A stretch of 64,000 bases of DNA from Catajapyx aquilonaris (GCA_000934665.2 KZ538486.1:62001-126000); one strand, 5' to 3'. Positions 14,052-27,764 are shown, numbered from the stretch's first letter. Translations and numbers: made by a program. The notes: a model not told the origin generated them from the sequence alone.

Positions 14052-15460
14052 TCAGAGGCATATAAGGCATGTACTTCCAATAGGACCCCTTACACTTTTG
14101 ATCACTTGCACCTTGTAAGTTTTACTTTCTGGTGTTTCCTTCTGGATCACCAGTCTTGTTTGTGGCACATGCGCCCAGAAACTCCCAAGGTACACTCCAG
14201 ATATGTCCTTGTCTCCTTGCATTGGAGGCTGTCCCACACTGGCTCCTGAGTCCTTCTTGGTGTTGTTCACAACAATCACAGCCAAATGGTATTCTGATGC
14301 TAGTTGTTTGAGACATGAAGCTAGCTGTCCCACATAGCTCAGTCCTAAAATAATAATTATCTTGCAATGAAAATGGAAAGTACTGGTTACTACAGGAAAA
14401 ATACAAACCAATCCAGTAGCTTTCTCCTCCTATAAGAGGTGAAAATAGACACGGCAGTGAATCTATGATAAGAACTCGCAGATCTTTCACTTCGTCCTCT
14501 CTTTTATTCAGCCTTTCATGCAGCTGGCTTAGAAATGAGAACAACTTGAAGATCTCGTAAACTTTCACCACCTGTATTTTCTCCAGTACATTCTTCCATT
14601 CCTGTTTATTAGAGACAACAAAAACATTAGAAAATGAAGAAAAAAAGCTTCCCCTTTTTGACAACTAGACATTAAGGTGTGTAACTGTGTTTACACGTGA
14701 ATGATTTGATCACGCGATGTCATCACCGAGCGATGAATCCAACTGTTTGAGGTGAATCTAACAATCGATTTTCGCCTCAAACAATACTGGTACTTTGGTT
14801 TCGCAGCGATGTTATCGCTGACGATGACATCGCGGCATCAAATCGCTCACATGTAAACACACCTTTGGGTCTCATTTTGGTTTCATTCATTCGTATATTG
14901 TTCACATCGCACGTATGCCTACCTCACTATTTTCTTGTACACCCCATCTTCCAAGAAACTCACAGACACGAGCAGGTGATAAGTCTCCCTTGCAGGCTAC
15001 GTAGCAAACAGACCTATTGTGATGTTTGGCTATGTGGGCAGCGACAAACATGCAGAGCTGCGACTTCCCTGCTCCCTGGCCGCCACAAATCTCAGTGATC
15101 TCTCCTGTCAGTATCCCACCTCGAAGTACTTTATCAAGCCTGCAAGAAAGAAGACAACCTAGAAAAAAAGCACTGTGTAACAAACCCAACCAAGCACCTG
15201 TCAAGTCCTGTCTTGAACTTGGCCACCTTGCTGACCATCCTCTCAAACAAGTCACATCCATTGATGACAGGAGCCGAGTATTTGGCAAGAAGTTCCTGCC
15301 TGACCTGCACCACCTGGCTGTAGGGCAGCCTGGAGGTCACAATGAGGGTGTTGGTCTCCGCATTCAGGTAGTCCTGTGCAGTGGTGATCCTGGCCAGCCG
15401 GAGGTTCTCCACTGCCGACGGTGTCAGCGATGGGCAACTCTCCGAAAACTTACGAAGCAT
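14052..15460 (-). CDS. RAD51D: RAD51 paralog D (multi-exon)
   Basis: N-terminus CPSLTP...RQELLAKYSAPVINGCDLFE, Walker A GEITEICGGQGAGKSQLC, Walker B LIIDSL, and LG..WAHVPQTRL typical of RAD51D. Confidence 0.9.
14675..14864. mobile_element. Short MITE in a RAD51D intron (PIF/Harbinger-like ends, uncertain)
   Basis: TGTGTTTACACGTGAATGATTTGATCACGCGATGTCATC pairs imperfectly with GATGACATCGCGGCATCAAATCGCTCACATGTAAACACA; AGG...CCT termini. Confidence 0.65.
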
Positions 15461-16061
15461 GACCGATTACAGCCCGTTAAATACCTGGAATTTCCAGTTG
15501 TCCAGAGCCTGGACATCAACACAGAATCAAACACATGGTCGTCCAGTGTACGGTGGCGACACCTACGAAAAAAATTGTTTGCAAATTTTAGCCTGCAGAT
15601 GGCACAATTATCGGTACAATTTTCCCGCCGATTTTGAATGTTGTTTGTTTGTCCAGGTAACATCAAGCAGAATTCTGCTTGGTGTTACCGGGACAAACAG
15701 CAATTTTATCCTACCTCCACCTGCAATTGTGACGCAATGCAAGAAATAACTTCCCACGCCTTCTCATTAATGTGGCTTTATTTCACAACTTGTTTTGTAT
15801 GATGAATTTCCTACATTCGTACATATATTATCATACTCCCAGCTCTCACACGTGCCATAACTTATTTCAGCTTGATCCATGCAGAATTCCACACTTGTCG
15901 CTCATTGAAGTTCAGCTTGAGGTAACATAAAGTGACACTTTCTGCTTCTGAACAATTTGTAGGTACCGGTACGGTATGTCATTTTCTTAAAATTGACAGA
16001 AGGGGAACACATTCTGAAGGTACCCATCACAAATTTAATGTGCTGCACATTATTGATCATA

Positions 16062-17498
16062 TCAGTGTGGAAGAATGCTCTCCACACCATCCTCTTCATC
16101 ATCCTCTTCATCCTCTTCTTCGCTCTCCAGTGCCTCCAAATGATCTGAAGATATTGTTATTAGTTTATGAAATCAAAATTGCATTACAATAATGCAGCTG
16201 TATAAAGTGCAAAGATGACTTACCATTCTGTTGTTGCACTCTCAAATCCAAACTAGTTAAATTCACAATTTCTGCATCCTCCTGCTTGGTACCTGCTTGA
16301 ATACTGTTACAGAGGCTTTGATCTTTGGCAGCTCGCTCACGCATTGAATTAACATTGGTGGACATGTATTTGTACTCCAGCCCCATTCTATCCACCTAAA
16401 GTCGCAAAAGTACAAAGTATTAAAGATAGCCTACTGATTAACTGGAAGATGTTCATACACAGCTTCTTACAAATAACTGCAAAGGAAAGGGAGTTTGTGT
16501 CACTTATTATAAATTAATGGCAGGTTACTTGAGGGCATATTGGCTGACTACCTTCAGCAATCCCAACACCTCCCAATCTGAACATGTTTTAAAACTCCAT
16601 TACTTTGCAACTACAGTGAAAGGAGACACTCACTTCTGGGTTTGCACACAATTTTCCACAGCAGAGAAGCTTACGCTACATCCAAGGTCCACTATAGACA
16701 AGTTTCACTGGTTTCAGACCCAGAAAATCACAACTAATGAGAACAGAAGGTTAATATTTCTTACCAGGAGTATGTTCTGAATTACGTTTATTTCTCGTAA
16801 CATGGCTCTAATTCGGGCCTCTTCTTTCTTTAGAGCTTGCAAATTCTTCAGGATAATTCTGGCAGCCGCTTCTAGAAGTATTACCAAAGAGAAATGAATG
16901 TTTATTAGAAATATTGAGGTTAATCCAGAAAATATTCAGCACTTTGACTCTTTTGAGGTGTGTGGGTTGTGGGTGTGTGGGTGGGCAGCATAGCACTTGG
17001 CATATTGCAAAAGTGATAGCTGTGCAATTCCACATGAAGTTATTACTAAGTGGGATGTTGGAAATCAGCATTACTAAAAAATGCTAGAAACATAAATGAA
17101 AACTATACCGTACAAGGTCACAGTGTATATTCTGTAGTGACTTACTCAGAAACATTACAAAACTGTGAATATATAATGCAGAGGTCAGCACTATCAGAAT
17201 ATGGCAAAATAGTCTTAATTTTTCATCCTACATTTTCAGGAACAACTCCCTCTAAAAATTGTGGCATCTCAGGGAAAGAACATTTAAAAAAAAATTCTTT
17301 TGAAGTTTCCCTGTATTGTTCTGCTGACCACCCTGTGCTATCAAAACATCCCGTCCAATTTGATCAAAGGCAGTTGGGGTGTTTATGCTACAAATTCTAG
17401 TGCAGCGACAGGCGACGCATGGAACCGCATGGACACTCACTCTTCTTAATAACACCCCTAGTTTTCCTTGGTCCAGAGCCATCGTTTTCCTCCTCCAT
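16062..17498 (-). CDS. SNAPC5: snRNA-activating protein complex subunit 5 (SNAP19)-like, 4 coding exons
   Basis: Spliced product MEEENDGSGPRKTRGVIKK-KAAARIILKNLQALKKEEARIRAMLREINVIQNILL-VDRMGLEY...VNLTSLDLRVQQQN-DHLEALESEEEDEEDDEEDGVESILPH. It aligns without gaps to the recalled SNAPC5 pattern LQELRKEE...NRLKVEELAL, then INQTTLEL and an acidic tail. Confidence 0.65.
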
Positions 17499-18092
17499 TA
17501 TCTGCAATTAAAAACACACCGTATGCAATGAGAGACAATCTGCTGCATTATCTGCAGCAAGCACAGTTTTTTTCAAGTTCTCACCACTTGTGTACCTAAG
17601 ATGTCTTTCAAAGTTATATCTCCCTCGTCACTCTGCAGTGTACCCTGTCCAATGTTACACGATCCCACGTTGGAAGGACGATGCCTAATAGTTGAGCTCC
17701 GCCTCGGCAAGCCTCACCAAAAGCCTCATGCAAAGGAGTCGACAACAATACGTCTCGTCGCCATGTTCTGCCAAGTAGTTATAACTTATAGCTGTTTGCT
17801 TAAAAATATTTAGTCGTTGATATGGCAAACCGTCGTTTAATTAAACGCAAAACTTATAGAGATAATTGTAATCTACATTAGTTCACACAAATATTGGATC
17901 GGTGTTATAAATATGTGCAGTAATTATGGCATTTATGCAATAGCAGCTATGCGACTTTGTTGACACGCACAAAGATGGCGGAGTTTAGCTTGTGAATTTT
18001 GCAAATGAATTTTGCCCATCCTGATTCTTCTGTCATATTGAGTACAGACGTTGTGGAAAAGCTTTTCTACCTGTTGCTTTGCGTCCGTAGTG

Positions 18093-21000
18093 ATGGACAG
18101 TTGGAGCACCGGCACATACCGCTGTTGCGATCCCATTAGAAACTTTAGGATCAGGTACTAACCGCTCTTCTTCAGAACTGACTGCACCACTTCCTTGCCT
18201 GTGAGCACTCTTGTATTTCTTGTGCACACTCATTCTTTTGATCGCCCGCGTGCTTAACATTGGACTGAGAGAATGAAGAAGTATCCGAAGCCAACGGCGT
18301 TGACGGACAAGCTCCACAGGGGCTTGGTGCTGGGGTGCGTGGGGCTGACGGTGTGGGGAATGTACATGGCTGGATGGAGGGTGTATCGGTACGCCACCGT
18401 CATAAGGCCCATGCAGCAGCAGAAGAAGGAGGAGATGCTCCAGGAGGGGAAGGCGCCTGACGTGGAGGAGCTTAAATACTGACGTGTGCCTATGACACTT
18501 GCAGTGTAGTTTGTGATTAGTTTAGCTAGTGTATCATAAAAATATATATAGTGGGGGATGTGTTGTGCTTGGGGTCATGGGTGGATCCTGCCTGTTCAAC
18601 TGAGGTTTTTGTTAAGGCAGGTATCACGGACCTCAAGGTACTGCTGCATTTACTTTCCCACAAATTTTATTTTGATGCCTCTCTTTATTTGCAGAATTAA
18701 ATTGCAGAAGGCCAGACTGGAATATGTTTCTGCCCACGAGTCAGGAGAGAAAGGTGATGGGGAAGACATTCCGTTGTCAGAGTTGGATCATACAGATCAA
18801 GAGGTGGAAGAAAGGGAATTTACTTGGCAAGAGAAAGTATTCAGGTACTGCTATTGCTCTTAACATACCTCATGCCATCCTGTTGCTTGCACTCCATTAC
18901 TACTTGCCTTCCTGGAAGCACAATTTCTGTCAGATGTACAGTCCCGCTCATAAAGAATGGTACGACTCTATAGTCGAAATGTTTATCCTGATTATCGAGC
19001 ATTATTCCCGACCTTAATTCGACAAAACCCTATGGACAACCTTTTCTGGACCTCTGGTGACTTGTATGACCCATCCCGATTTTTAAATAAAAGTTTTAAT
19101 GACCAAAATGTTCAACCCGGTGCAATGCTTATTTAGATTTGATGTGAATTTCCCCCCTAAAATTTTCCTACTTAGCTTTGTTATTCTTTTCTCTTTTTTA
19201 TTTTATTTTAATTCCCTTTTCCCGGACTTCCTCGTGACTCCTAAAAACGTGCTGGCAACCCAGGGGTTGGGGACAGAATAAACATTTCGTCCATATAGAG
19301 TCGTACCATTCTTTATGAACGGTACTGTACATCCCTACATCCCAGCCATTAGTGGTTTCCCATTATTTTGTTTATACATAAAAATGGTATTTGATGACAT
19401 ATTGTATTTGATACTAGGGTAAATAAATATATTTGATGGAAATAATTTGAATTAAAAATTTTAAGCCACAACACTGGATTTTCACCAGTTTGGTTCCATC
19501 TATTATGCTTGCTTACTTAAATACATACACCATTTGGCTGGTACAGTGCAGGGGCAATAGGAGTCTTAAGTCACAGTTCCAAACTAATTTAAAGCATATG
19601 ATTGGACATATCTAATGACAGTTGATTTCATTTTTCTACATGAGTATGGGAATGAATATTTTTTTAATGTTGTGACCACAATATTGTTCAAATAAGCCAT
19701 GAATGATATGTTGTTATGAAATAGCCCAAGGGAGATACACAAATACCAACAGCTGAGCAACTGTCATACTGCCCTGGAGGAGAAGTATCATCAAGATGTC
19801 ATGGCCATGGAAAAAGACCAAGATCCTCGGAGACTTTTCAGTTATGTTGATGCAGACAGCTACATTAACTCGAAAGAGGTTAGGCTGTTATTTTTTCCCC
19901 CCCATTACTCAACTAATGCACTCTCTTCCATTTTCATTGGCAGGTTTCTTACAAGGTTACAACTGATTCAAAGGAAACACCATCATTTCTTGTGGAAAAA
20001 ATGGCTGGACTGCGACAGAGAAAAAACACAAAGCAAAGGTACGCATTCAGGTTTGTTATTTTCTGACAATATGTCTGATTGGAGAACTATTATAGGGAGC
20101 CTGATTCATTACAAAAACCAGTCATTGGTGAAGAAGACTACATTAGTGATGTGCAAATCATGTATATAATGGCTGATTTGAACCCAAAGTCTGTGTAAGT
20201 TAATGGCAGTATTTTGCACATATTTAAAGTCACGACTCTCATTATTTATTGCTTATTATTTATCATTAGAGGATACCATGACAAGAGGAAAGAGCAAGTG
20301 CTGTGTCGACTGGAATACAATTCCAAGGGTGTCTTAATTGTTTACCCAGATTTCAACAGTCGTCAAGCTGGGCACAAAATTCAATTGGACACTGTCACAC
20401 GAGATGTGTACGAGTACTGGGTGGAGCATGCATCGGGGGATATTAATGAAAATGAGAGAGCTAAAGAAAGGAATGCTACCAGAGAGGTAAAATCATCCGT
20501 ACCTGATGGTGCAACAAAATATTGCTCATTGCTGTAATAATATAATATCCCGAAGGTTTGTTGTAAATAATGATGATGATACATAAATGAAATTATTTTA
20601 CACGAGTTTTTGCCTACAATTTATGCCATTAATCATTATAGCTTAAGTTATTTATCATCAAGCTTCATTAGCATAAAAAGGGGGGTGACCAATGTCCCTT
20701 CAGTTTTGATCTTGGCTATTGTACGCAGAATTGCCTACCAGTAATATAACCAGTTATTGACCTACTTGCAGAATTGACCTGGAACATCATGTATTATTTT
20801 CAGATTTATGAAAGGAGTGCTGAGCAGTTGCAGAGACGCATTGGCAGAGTTTTTGATACCCCTCCCCCTGGGAAGCTGTTCCTGTCAGTCTCAGGAGAGA
20901 TTTCACTGGCAAAGGACTATGAGTATGAGCCTCTCCATGTTCACTACTACATTGACTTACCCAAAGGTAAACCTCATGTGATGTGCATTGCGTTACTAAC

Positions 21001-22001
21001 TTACTTTAAAAAAATTATTTATGGCACATGCATTTGGAACTCCTGATTGGTGAGAAGATTGAAGCTAAATCATATATATCCAACATTACCATAAGCTCTA
21101 GATTCCAAGTAATCCAGCATGAGCCATTTGTCATAATGACAATTACCCTACTACAATTACCAATTTCAGGACCTCATTATTAATCATGATGAATTTTTGA
21201 TGTCAGTTACATGCATGTTGTGAATTTGATCGTGGACTGACTGGTATTTTCGTTGGGGTATGATAGGTTGGACTAAAAGCGCAAACACCAAGCTCGTTGG
21301 AGTGACCCAGAGCTGCAACATTGCTTCAGACCATGATGGAAGAGAGGTTGCTAGGTTTGGCTTCCCCTTTACCTTAGAGCTGACCCTTGACCTGGGTGAT
21401 GGTGAGGAGAAGACAGCAATTCCAAAGTGGCCTCTTTTGTACGTTAAGGTTGCATCTCTGGACTCTTGGGGAAGATATAGGATAGAAGGATATGGCCACA
21501 TGCGAATTCCCAGCACTCCTGGATCCCACAACGTCGGAATTTCTACATGGCGACCTACTGACACTTCATTGTTTCCCATTGGGGAAATGAGAAGGTTTTT
21601 CATTGGGGGTTCACCAGAGCTGGAGGATATCACATACGTTGGAGTCCCACATGCTTTCGAAGTATGTACTTCTCTCATATTAGGAAGGATAACACACTCG
21701 AGGTTTGTAAACTCATACTGCATTTATCTGCTTTTAGGGAAAGTACCTGAGCCGCCTTGGCTTCCGGACTGTAGGTAGTGGAAGTGTCCTTGTGCACATG
21801 AATATTCTTCATCAGTCCCAAGCTTATGTTGGATTGGACAAGGACAGAGGGTCAAGACACATGATGTTGGCAGAAAAGCTGAGCTCAGGAACCTTATTGC
21901 ACAGTGTCAATGCCGTCCTAGAGGCTTACCGTAGAGCAAAAGAGAGACTGAGCAGGGCTAAGCAGGGACTTCCAGAACCTGAGGATGACAAAGATGACTG
22001 A
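18093..22001 (+). CDS. MKS1: Meckel syndrome type 1 / B9-domain ciliary transition-zone protein (multi-exon)
   Basis: First coding exon 18093-18154 (MDSWSTGTYRCCDPIRNFRIR, like YRSRDPVRNLRLR) splices in frame to 18695-18844 (..FTWQEKVF). Later exons give RRLFSYVDADSY, SGEISLAKDYEYEPLHVHYYIDLP and the B9 motifs WPLLYVKVASLDSWGRYRIEGYG and RRFFIGGSPELED. Confidence 0.92.
18273..18482 (+). CDS. COX14: Cytochrome c oxidase assembly factor COX14-like, nested in an MKS1 intron on the same strand
   Basis: Uninterrupted 69-aa ORF with a single TM segment (DKLHRGLVLGCVGLTVWGMYMAGWRVYRY) resembling COX14 (LTVYGGYLCSVRVYHY). GC-rich coding-like composition. Confidence 0.8.
   Translation: MKKYPKPTALTDKLHRGLVLGCVGLTVWGMYMAGWRVYRYATVIRPMQQQKKEEMLQEGKAPDVEELKY
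18939..19327. mobile_element. Tc1/mariner-type MITE in an MKS1 intron
   Basis: TA|CAGTCCCGCTCATAAAGAATGGTACGACTCTATA ... TATAGAGTCGTACCATTCTTTATGAACGGTACTG|TA; ~50-bp TIRs and a TA TSD inside the palindromic target GATGTACATC. Confidence 0.9.
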
Positions 22002-24396
22002 TGTGTTTTGATTTTATATTCCTGGCAAGCCAAGTTGAACGTGGCTGTATTCCCAGTGGCACAAGTAATAAAATAATTCTGGACGTGTGTTCACATTCTA
22101 TTGGGTTCATTTATTACTTCCATGGGAATTTTATACTCATTATCAGTTATTTCTTCCACATATGGGTTCTGCAGGGCAGATAGTGCAAGGGCTGTACATA
22201 ATGCAGACAGAGCCTTCTTCACACTGCAGGTCACATGATTGAGAATCTGAAAGGATTATTTTTCTGGTTTGATGGTGACTCCTCCTTTACTGCAATTATA
22301 TTACTGCTTATGGTATTACCTTGGGTATTACTTTGAGCCAAAGCTGCAATTGCACACCATGCAATGATGAATAGTATGCTAGCCACTATTGAGACTGGCC
22401 CTGAAACTATAAAAGTGAAATAATTATTCAGAGGCCTATGTGTATATTCTGGTATGAATTGCAGGTGCAAATAATATAAGGAATCTTTTGTAATGCTTGT
22501 CCTTGTTGTTATCAACAGGCCTGTATCCCCAGGTATGCAGGCCCCCCCAGTCGACATCGACCTGGTTCTATACTGAGAATTCGCTGATTGCTGTGTAGTA
22601 TAGTATTATTGCTGCCATAGTCTGAAAGCATTACTAAGGAGCGATGCTCATATTGCAAGACTTAGAAGATGGTTTCACAACCATCATTGAAACACATTGC
22701 ACACACCTGGCGCACACATCCCATTTCCCATTATGATCACTTTTCACTGGCCACCTTAACCAGGTGCTGTGCATCTGTTTGTCAGCAACCTAGCATAGCC
22801 AGTCCAATCTGTAAGCAGTTGTCATCTAGTTCAAATGACATGTGGCTATGCTGTTTCAGAAAGAAGGCATGACCAAGAACCTCTTACAACATCTGGGTTA
22901 TTATCCCCTTCCTCTCCCCTCTCACCTTTGTGAGCATCTGAGCAGTGCTGTAAAGGTTGGCCATGTGAGATGACTAGGAATGCAACAAGTCATTCTTGTG
23001 GTACTTTCATTATCTCTGGCTATCCTTTCAATTAGCGGCAAGATGTGATGTAACTGAATGAATGAACTAATGAACTTTCCAGCATCTAATGTATTATAAT
23101 GTGATTCTGCTTTTCTCGGGGCAATAGCAGAAGAATTTTTTTTAATGTGTAAAATATGAACATCAATTATTTAATCACAATATATTTCAAGTGAGGAAAA
23201 GTCGCCATGCAAAATTAATAATTACACAAAGCCATGAAATAAAGTGGTGGTATCTAGATCTGAATTTTGTTTAGTGTCTCTCAAGCATGCTATTTTTCAT
23301 GGAAAATTTTATACCAATATTTTACCTGCGTGAAATGATTTTTTGGAGCATTATGAGGATTTCTTCTACGAAAATGACAAACCTGAAACCATCTTCCTGC
23401 AATTGAAGCTTACTAGAATGATGTCTCTTCTCAGCTCTGGCTGGCAGGCAACTGAGACTGTGCTCCATAACATGTGTGTTAGATAATTGTAATTCCCCCG
23501 GATATGCACTGTACTGCGCGCCTTATTGATAGATGGTTGAATGCAATAGTGTAGTCACTAATGACTGTAACCTTGAACAGTCATAGTGAATAAAAACAAT
23601 TTGCAGCATCATGGCAGGATCCATGTACAATGTACAATACAAATTCTCTTCTTCAGTCATGGATTACCGTTCTCCCTAGGCAATAGTTTCTGGCCCTATA
23701 ATCCTCCATTGGGTTTCAGCAGAAGCCTTAGTGAACAATATTTATCCTTCCTGAGAAATACCGGCTTTGATTCGCAAGTTATTATGGAAAATATCGAGAA
23801 ATATCATCAACTCATTGGGAAATTCTTATTTTACCAGAGGTGTGTTCTCTGACCATCTGAAAATAATTTGTACACATGGATTACCTAATTGTGGCAAGGG
23901 ACATCCGCTTCCTATTTTACGCAAGCAAGGACATTTCTCAGTCAGACTGCATGAATAAAGATACCAGAATGTATGCTGTAATGTTGCTAATGGTGTCACT
24001 GAACAATAGCATCTCTAATCAAGATCTGTTTATACTGTATAATGTGGCAAGGCAATGCTGCATAATATGGGTAATTCTTGATGTCATGGACAATAGTAGG
24101 GTCTAGGTCAGAGGAGACATGAATGCATAGTATACACCTGTGTAACAAGTCTAGCTGACACTATCATCTGAATAATTGCTATGTTTTAACTGCAAAGCAA
24201 TGTCAAGGTGGTGAGACTCATGATGTAAGGGTGGAAATGAGACACTGTGATTGTCACATTCGCATAAAATTTAAGAGCAACAAACTCTTTGCTGTTGTCG
24301 GGCGTGTTTTTTAGTCAATAATTTTCTCTCAACAGTACATATTTCAGGCTGGTGTAGTACCTGTAAGTTCTGTTGATTCTCAGTGATACTCCAATA

Positions 24397-24645
24397 TCAC
24401 CAATAAACACTGCAAATAGGTATTATAGGGCAATGTGTGCAACGGCGATACAGAATGCACACGTGCTCCTCATCACATGGGAGATCACATTCTGGAAATA
24501 TAAATTCACTTCAGTTGCTTCTGAATATAAGCTGTGGGCCATAATGGCGAATGATGTGATGATAATTACCTGGAAAATAAGCTGATACCTCTTTCATTGT
24601 CCAAGTAATAGTAAATAATACGACATAAGTCATCAGGGCAACCAT
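24397..24645 (-). CDS. Small secreted six-cysteine peptide (divergent cluster member)
   Basis: Exons 24645-24570 and 24491-24397 (phase-1 GT-AG intron) give MVALMTYVVLFTITWTMKEVSAYFP-ECDLPCDEEHVCILYRRCTHCPIIPICSVYW*. Confidence 0.65.
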
Positions 24646-25141
24646 TTCTGCTGCGTACAATGAGATAAAACCTAAGTTGTAGATTTGTACAATTAAGTCA
24701 AGGTAATAATATTCCAGTAATATAACGAACTAACCTGCCTTCATCCTGAGTACTACGTGTATATCTGACTGAAGTACTCACATGGTGGTGCACTTCCTGC
24801 AGATAGCAAATAAATAACTAGAAAAGTAATGCCGCAATAGTGAAAGTTAAATAATAATGACAGAATGATGCACTCTATTCTTACATGAAGTGCCTGTACA
24901 CTTCCACCGGCATGCCATCATCATAACAATAAGACAGTTTCGAAATGCTAATCCAATCCCGAGGTATGCAGGTAAGAGGAAGTGAATTTCTGTGAAATAC
25001 CAGCTGGTTGATTTTATTGCCAAATAGCCAGATAAGGCACAATCAAATGCAAAAAAAAAAAAAAAGGTGGATGCTTGTTATACAGTGTATCCAAAACATT
25101 TAGGCGTGGAAGTCATGGTCATATCTCAGTTGTAACAATTT

Positions 25142-25626
25142 TCAGGCTGTGGGTTTTGGGACGCAGACATCTTTAGTCACTTTTGTTATCTCCTTGGAAG
25201 GCTCGCAGGTCAGATGGACTCGCACACACGCTTCCTTTTCACTGCAATCAACCTCACCGCAAGCCGTACCTGCATGATTAACATTTGGGTTATTATAAGA
25301 AATGTCAAAAATGTTACATGTCCATCGACCATGGTGGCACAAATGCTGCAATACCATAATATTAGCAGCAGACAAGTGTAACCTATTTTATTAGTTTTCA
25401 TACTATTCTTTCATGTTGGAACTAATATGCCCTAAAATTAATAATGCATGCTTAATATTGAACTAACCTTCATGATCAACGTGGTGATGTGCTTGCGTCG
25501 TAACAACAGCAATAATCAGGATGAGTCCAGAAATGACCAACAGATGACCTGTAATTGCAACATAACCAATATCTGGTATTTTACCTAGGTGGTATAGAGA
25601 AAATGTTACTTACGGAGACCGGCCAT
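25142..25626 (-). CDS. Small secreted Cys-rich peptide with His-rich N-terminus (5 Cys)
   Basis: Three exons give MAGLRHLLVISGLILIIAVVTTQAHHHVDHEGTACGEVDCSEKEACVRVHLTCEPSKEITKVTKDVCVPKPTA*. TATAAAAG on the minus strand at ~25709-25716. Confidence 0.75.
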
Positions 25627-27256
25627 GTCGTACAATTCCAAGTTCCTCCTACAAGAACTGAATGGTCTGAAGATGTTCCTGGCAATGGTGCATGGTCGAG
25701 GACTCTTCCTTTTATATCAAGCCTGTCAGGGTGAAGAACAATAGGGGATAAAACTGGCTTTGAGATGGGTCACCTGACCACTTCTTGTGAGGGCCTCGAA
25801 TGGCGTCACTCCACAGTGATGCTGGACAATGCTCCAGCATCCTCCAAAAAATCCTCTCCTATTTAAAAAAAAAAAACCTTCAACAAAAACAGGTTCCACC
25901 ATGCATGAAGCAAATATGCAATGGTGTAACAAGGCTTTTGTTAGCACATTTACACGGACGTGTGAAAGGTCGCTTTTGGACTTTTGAGCAGCAGGGCCAT
26001 GGCCAACGGAATGTTGTTGTAGGACCAGTTTGGAATTTTTTGAAAAGCTTTGGTGCTAATTGTTTGACAACACGGAAGCTATCTGCTTCCTCGTTCCCAT
26101 TGAGAATTAGCATATTTCCAGGAATTTTTTGCATGAAAGGTGAGCAAATGTTGAGGTACTGAGGTTATTGATGAGATAAGAGTGACATCAACTGCGGTTT
26201 TGCAAATATTAGCATCCCATTTGGTGAAGGTGATGTCAGTGGGTGTTGTAAAGTTTCGTTTGATTGGTTTTGCTATTTTCGAACTGAAAGCCTTGTACAC
26301 CTTGTATAACTTTCATCTTATCCGACGGACTTTATGACGGCAATTAATAATTTATTATACGTCTGTTCACAGACAATTCTGGGATAACAACCCTTGTAAA
26401 AAATAAATACAAACTGGCTTATAGCAATAAATAGAGAAGAATGCTACAATTTGCATTTTCTTATTACAGTTCAGTACAAATTCCTCAAAATCGAGGAAAT
26501 AATTTGCATCCAACATACCGGTAAGAAAGATGTATGGCATACCATATAAAAATATGGTGACTTTCCACTTTTCCAGTAACATTGTGTGTGTTATAAAGTT
26601 TTTACCATAAATCATACCTTCTGTTAAGACAAAGTGACGCGCAATAAATTAGTGACAATTGTTGCGACTTTTAAACCCCATATTATTTATATCTGGCCAT
26701 AATTTCAGCCTATCTTACATCATGACTGTAGACTGTACGTGAGACAAATCATTAACCGAAGCTATATTCGTAAAGAATAATTTGCATTCTGAATAGGCCC
26801 AAGACTTGTTTGCGGTGAAACTAATGCTTTCTCCTTCACTTGCCCTGTAATCACAACTCATCCTTGAACCAACAAAGCAAGCAGGTCAATCCTCCATGAA
26901 TAGCTCTATTATGCAGCATGGGCATTGTCGTAATGGAAAAAAAAGGAGAAAAGGTTGGTGTCCTCTCTGCTGTAAATGGTTTGGGTGATGGGGGGGTCGA
27001 TGCGGCCATTGACCGAGGAAGATGACTTTTAATTACCAGCTTCACAGTGCATATAGCTGCATGGCCACATTCTGTACTTTTGATGACCCGGTCTAGTGCA
27101 GACACTCCCAGTGCTATTATCTAGTCTAAAGTGCTGTAGATTCGGGCAGGTGGATAGTACAGGTTATGCATCTATAATAATTGGGATTTGGCAAGTAAAC
27201 GAAACATATCCTCATCCAGCTATTTTATTATCCGTTCAGCTTTGACTATGATGACA

Positions 27257-27764
27257 TTATCCTCTGCATTCTCGGATTGGGTAGCATGGAGCCCTAAAGC
27301 ACTGAACTTCTTGCAGTACGCAGGTTTGACCAGGGGGGCAGTCCATAGTGCTGCAACCTGCACAATATTGGACCATTAGCACATTTGTTTGGATATGTTT
27401 ATGCATATTACAATTTATTCGAAATACAAATTGAGCGGTTGCTTACTCTGGTCGTTAGGAACACATGTGCTCTGTAGGGGGCAGTCATAGCAAGGATAGT
27501 AGTCTTCGCACACTTGACCAGCAGGACATCCCGTTACGGGACAAGCTGAAAATAATCACTAGTTGAATATGCTTATTTTGTCAAATTATGTAAGTGTAAA
27601 TCATCATACGGGGTTGGTATCCATTGCCTTCCCTAACTGCGAAGAGCAATAGCGGAAGAAACACAGCGGCACGAACTGAAAGTATAATGATGATAATGTC
27701 GACTACAGCGACAACTCGACTGACGTTGAAAAAAAATCACAATTGACTTACCAAAAACCTTCAT
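27257..27764 (-). CDS. Secreted peptide with two six-Cys modules
   Basis: Four exons give MKVFVRAAVFLPLLLFAVREGNGYQP-CPVTGCPAGQVCEDYYPCYDCPLQSTCVPNDQ-SCSTMDCPPGQTCVLQEVQCFRAPCYPIRECRG*. TATA near 27855. Confidence 0.85.

Noticed and set aside
22200..24200. Scattered Cys-containing minus-strand fragments (e.g. CAMCFNDGC, EKCPCLRKIGSGCP) and a 108-aa hydrophobic ORF
   Set aside because: Could be decayed array members, but I could not build a consistent spliced model.
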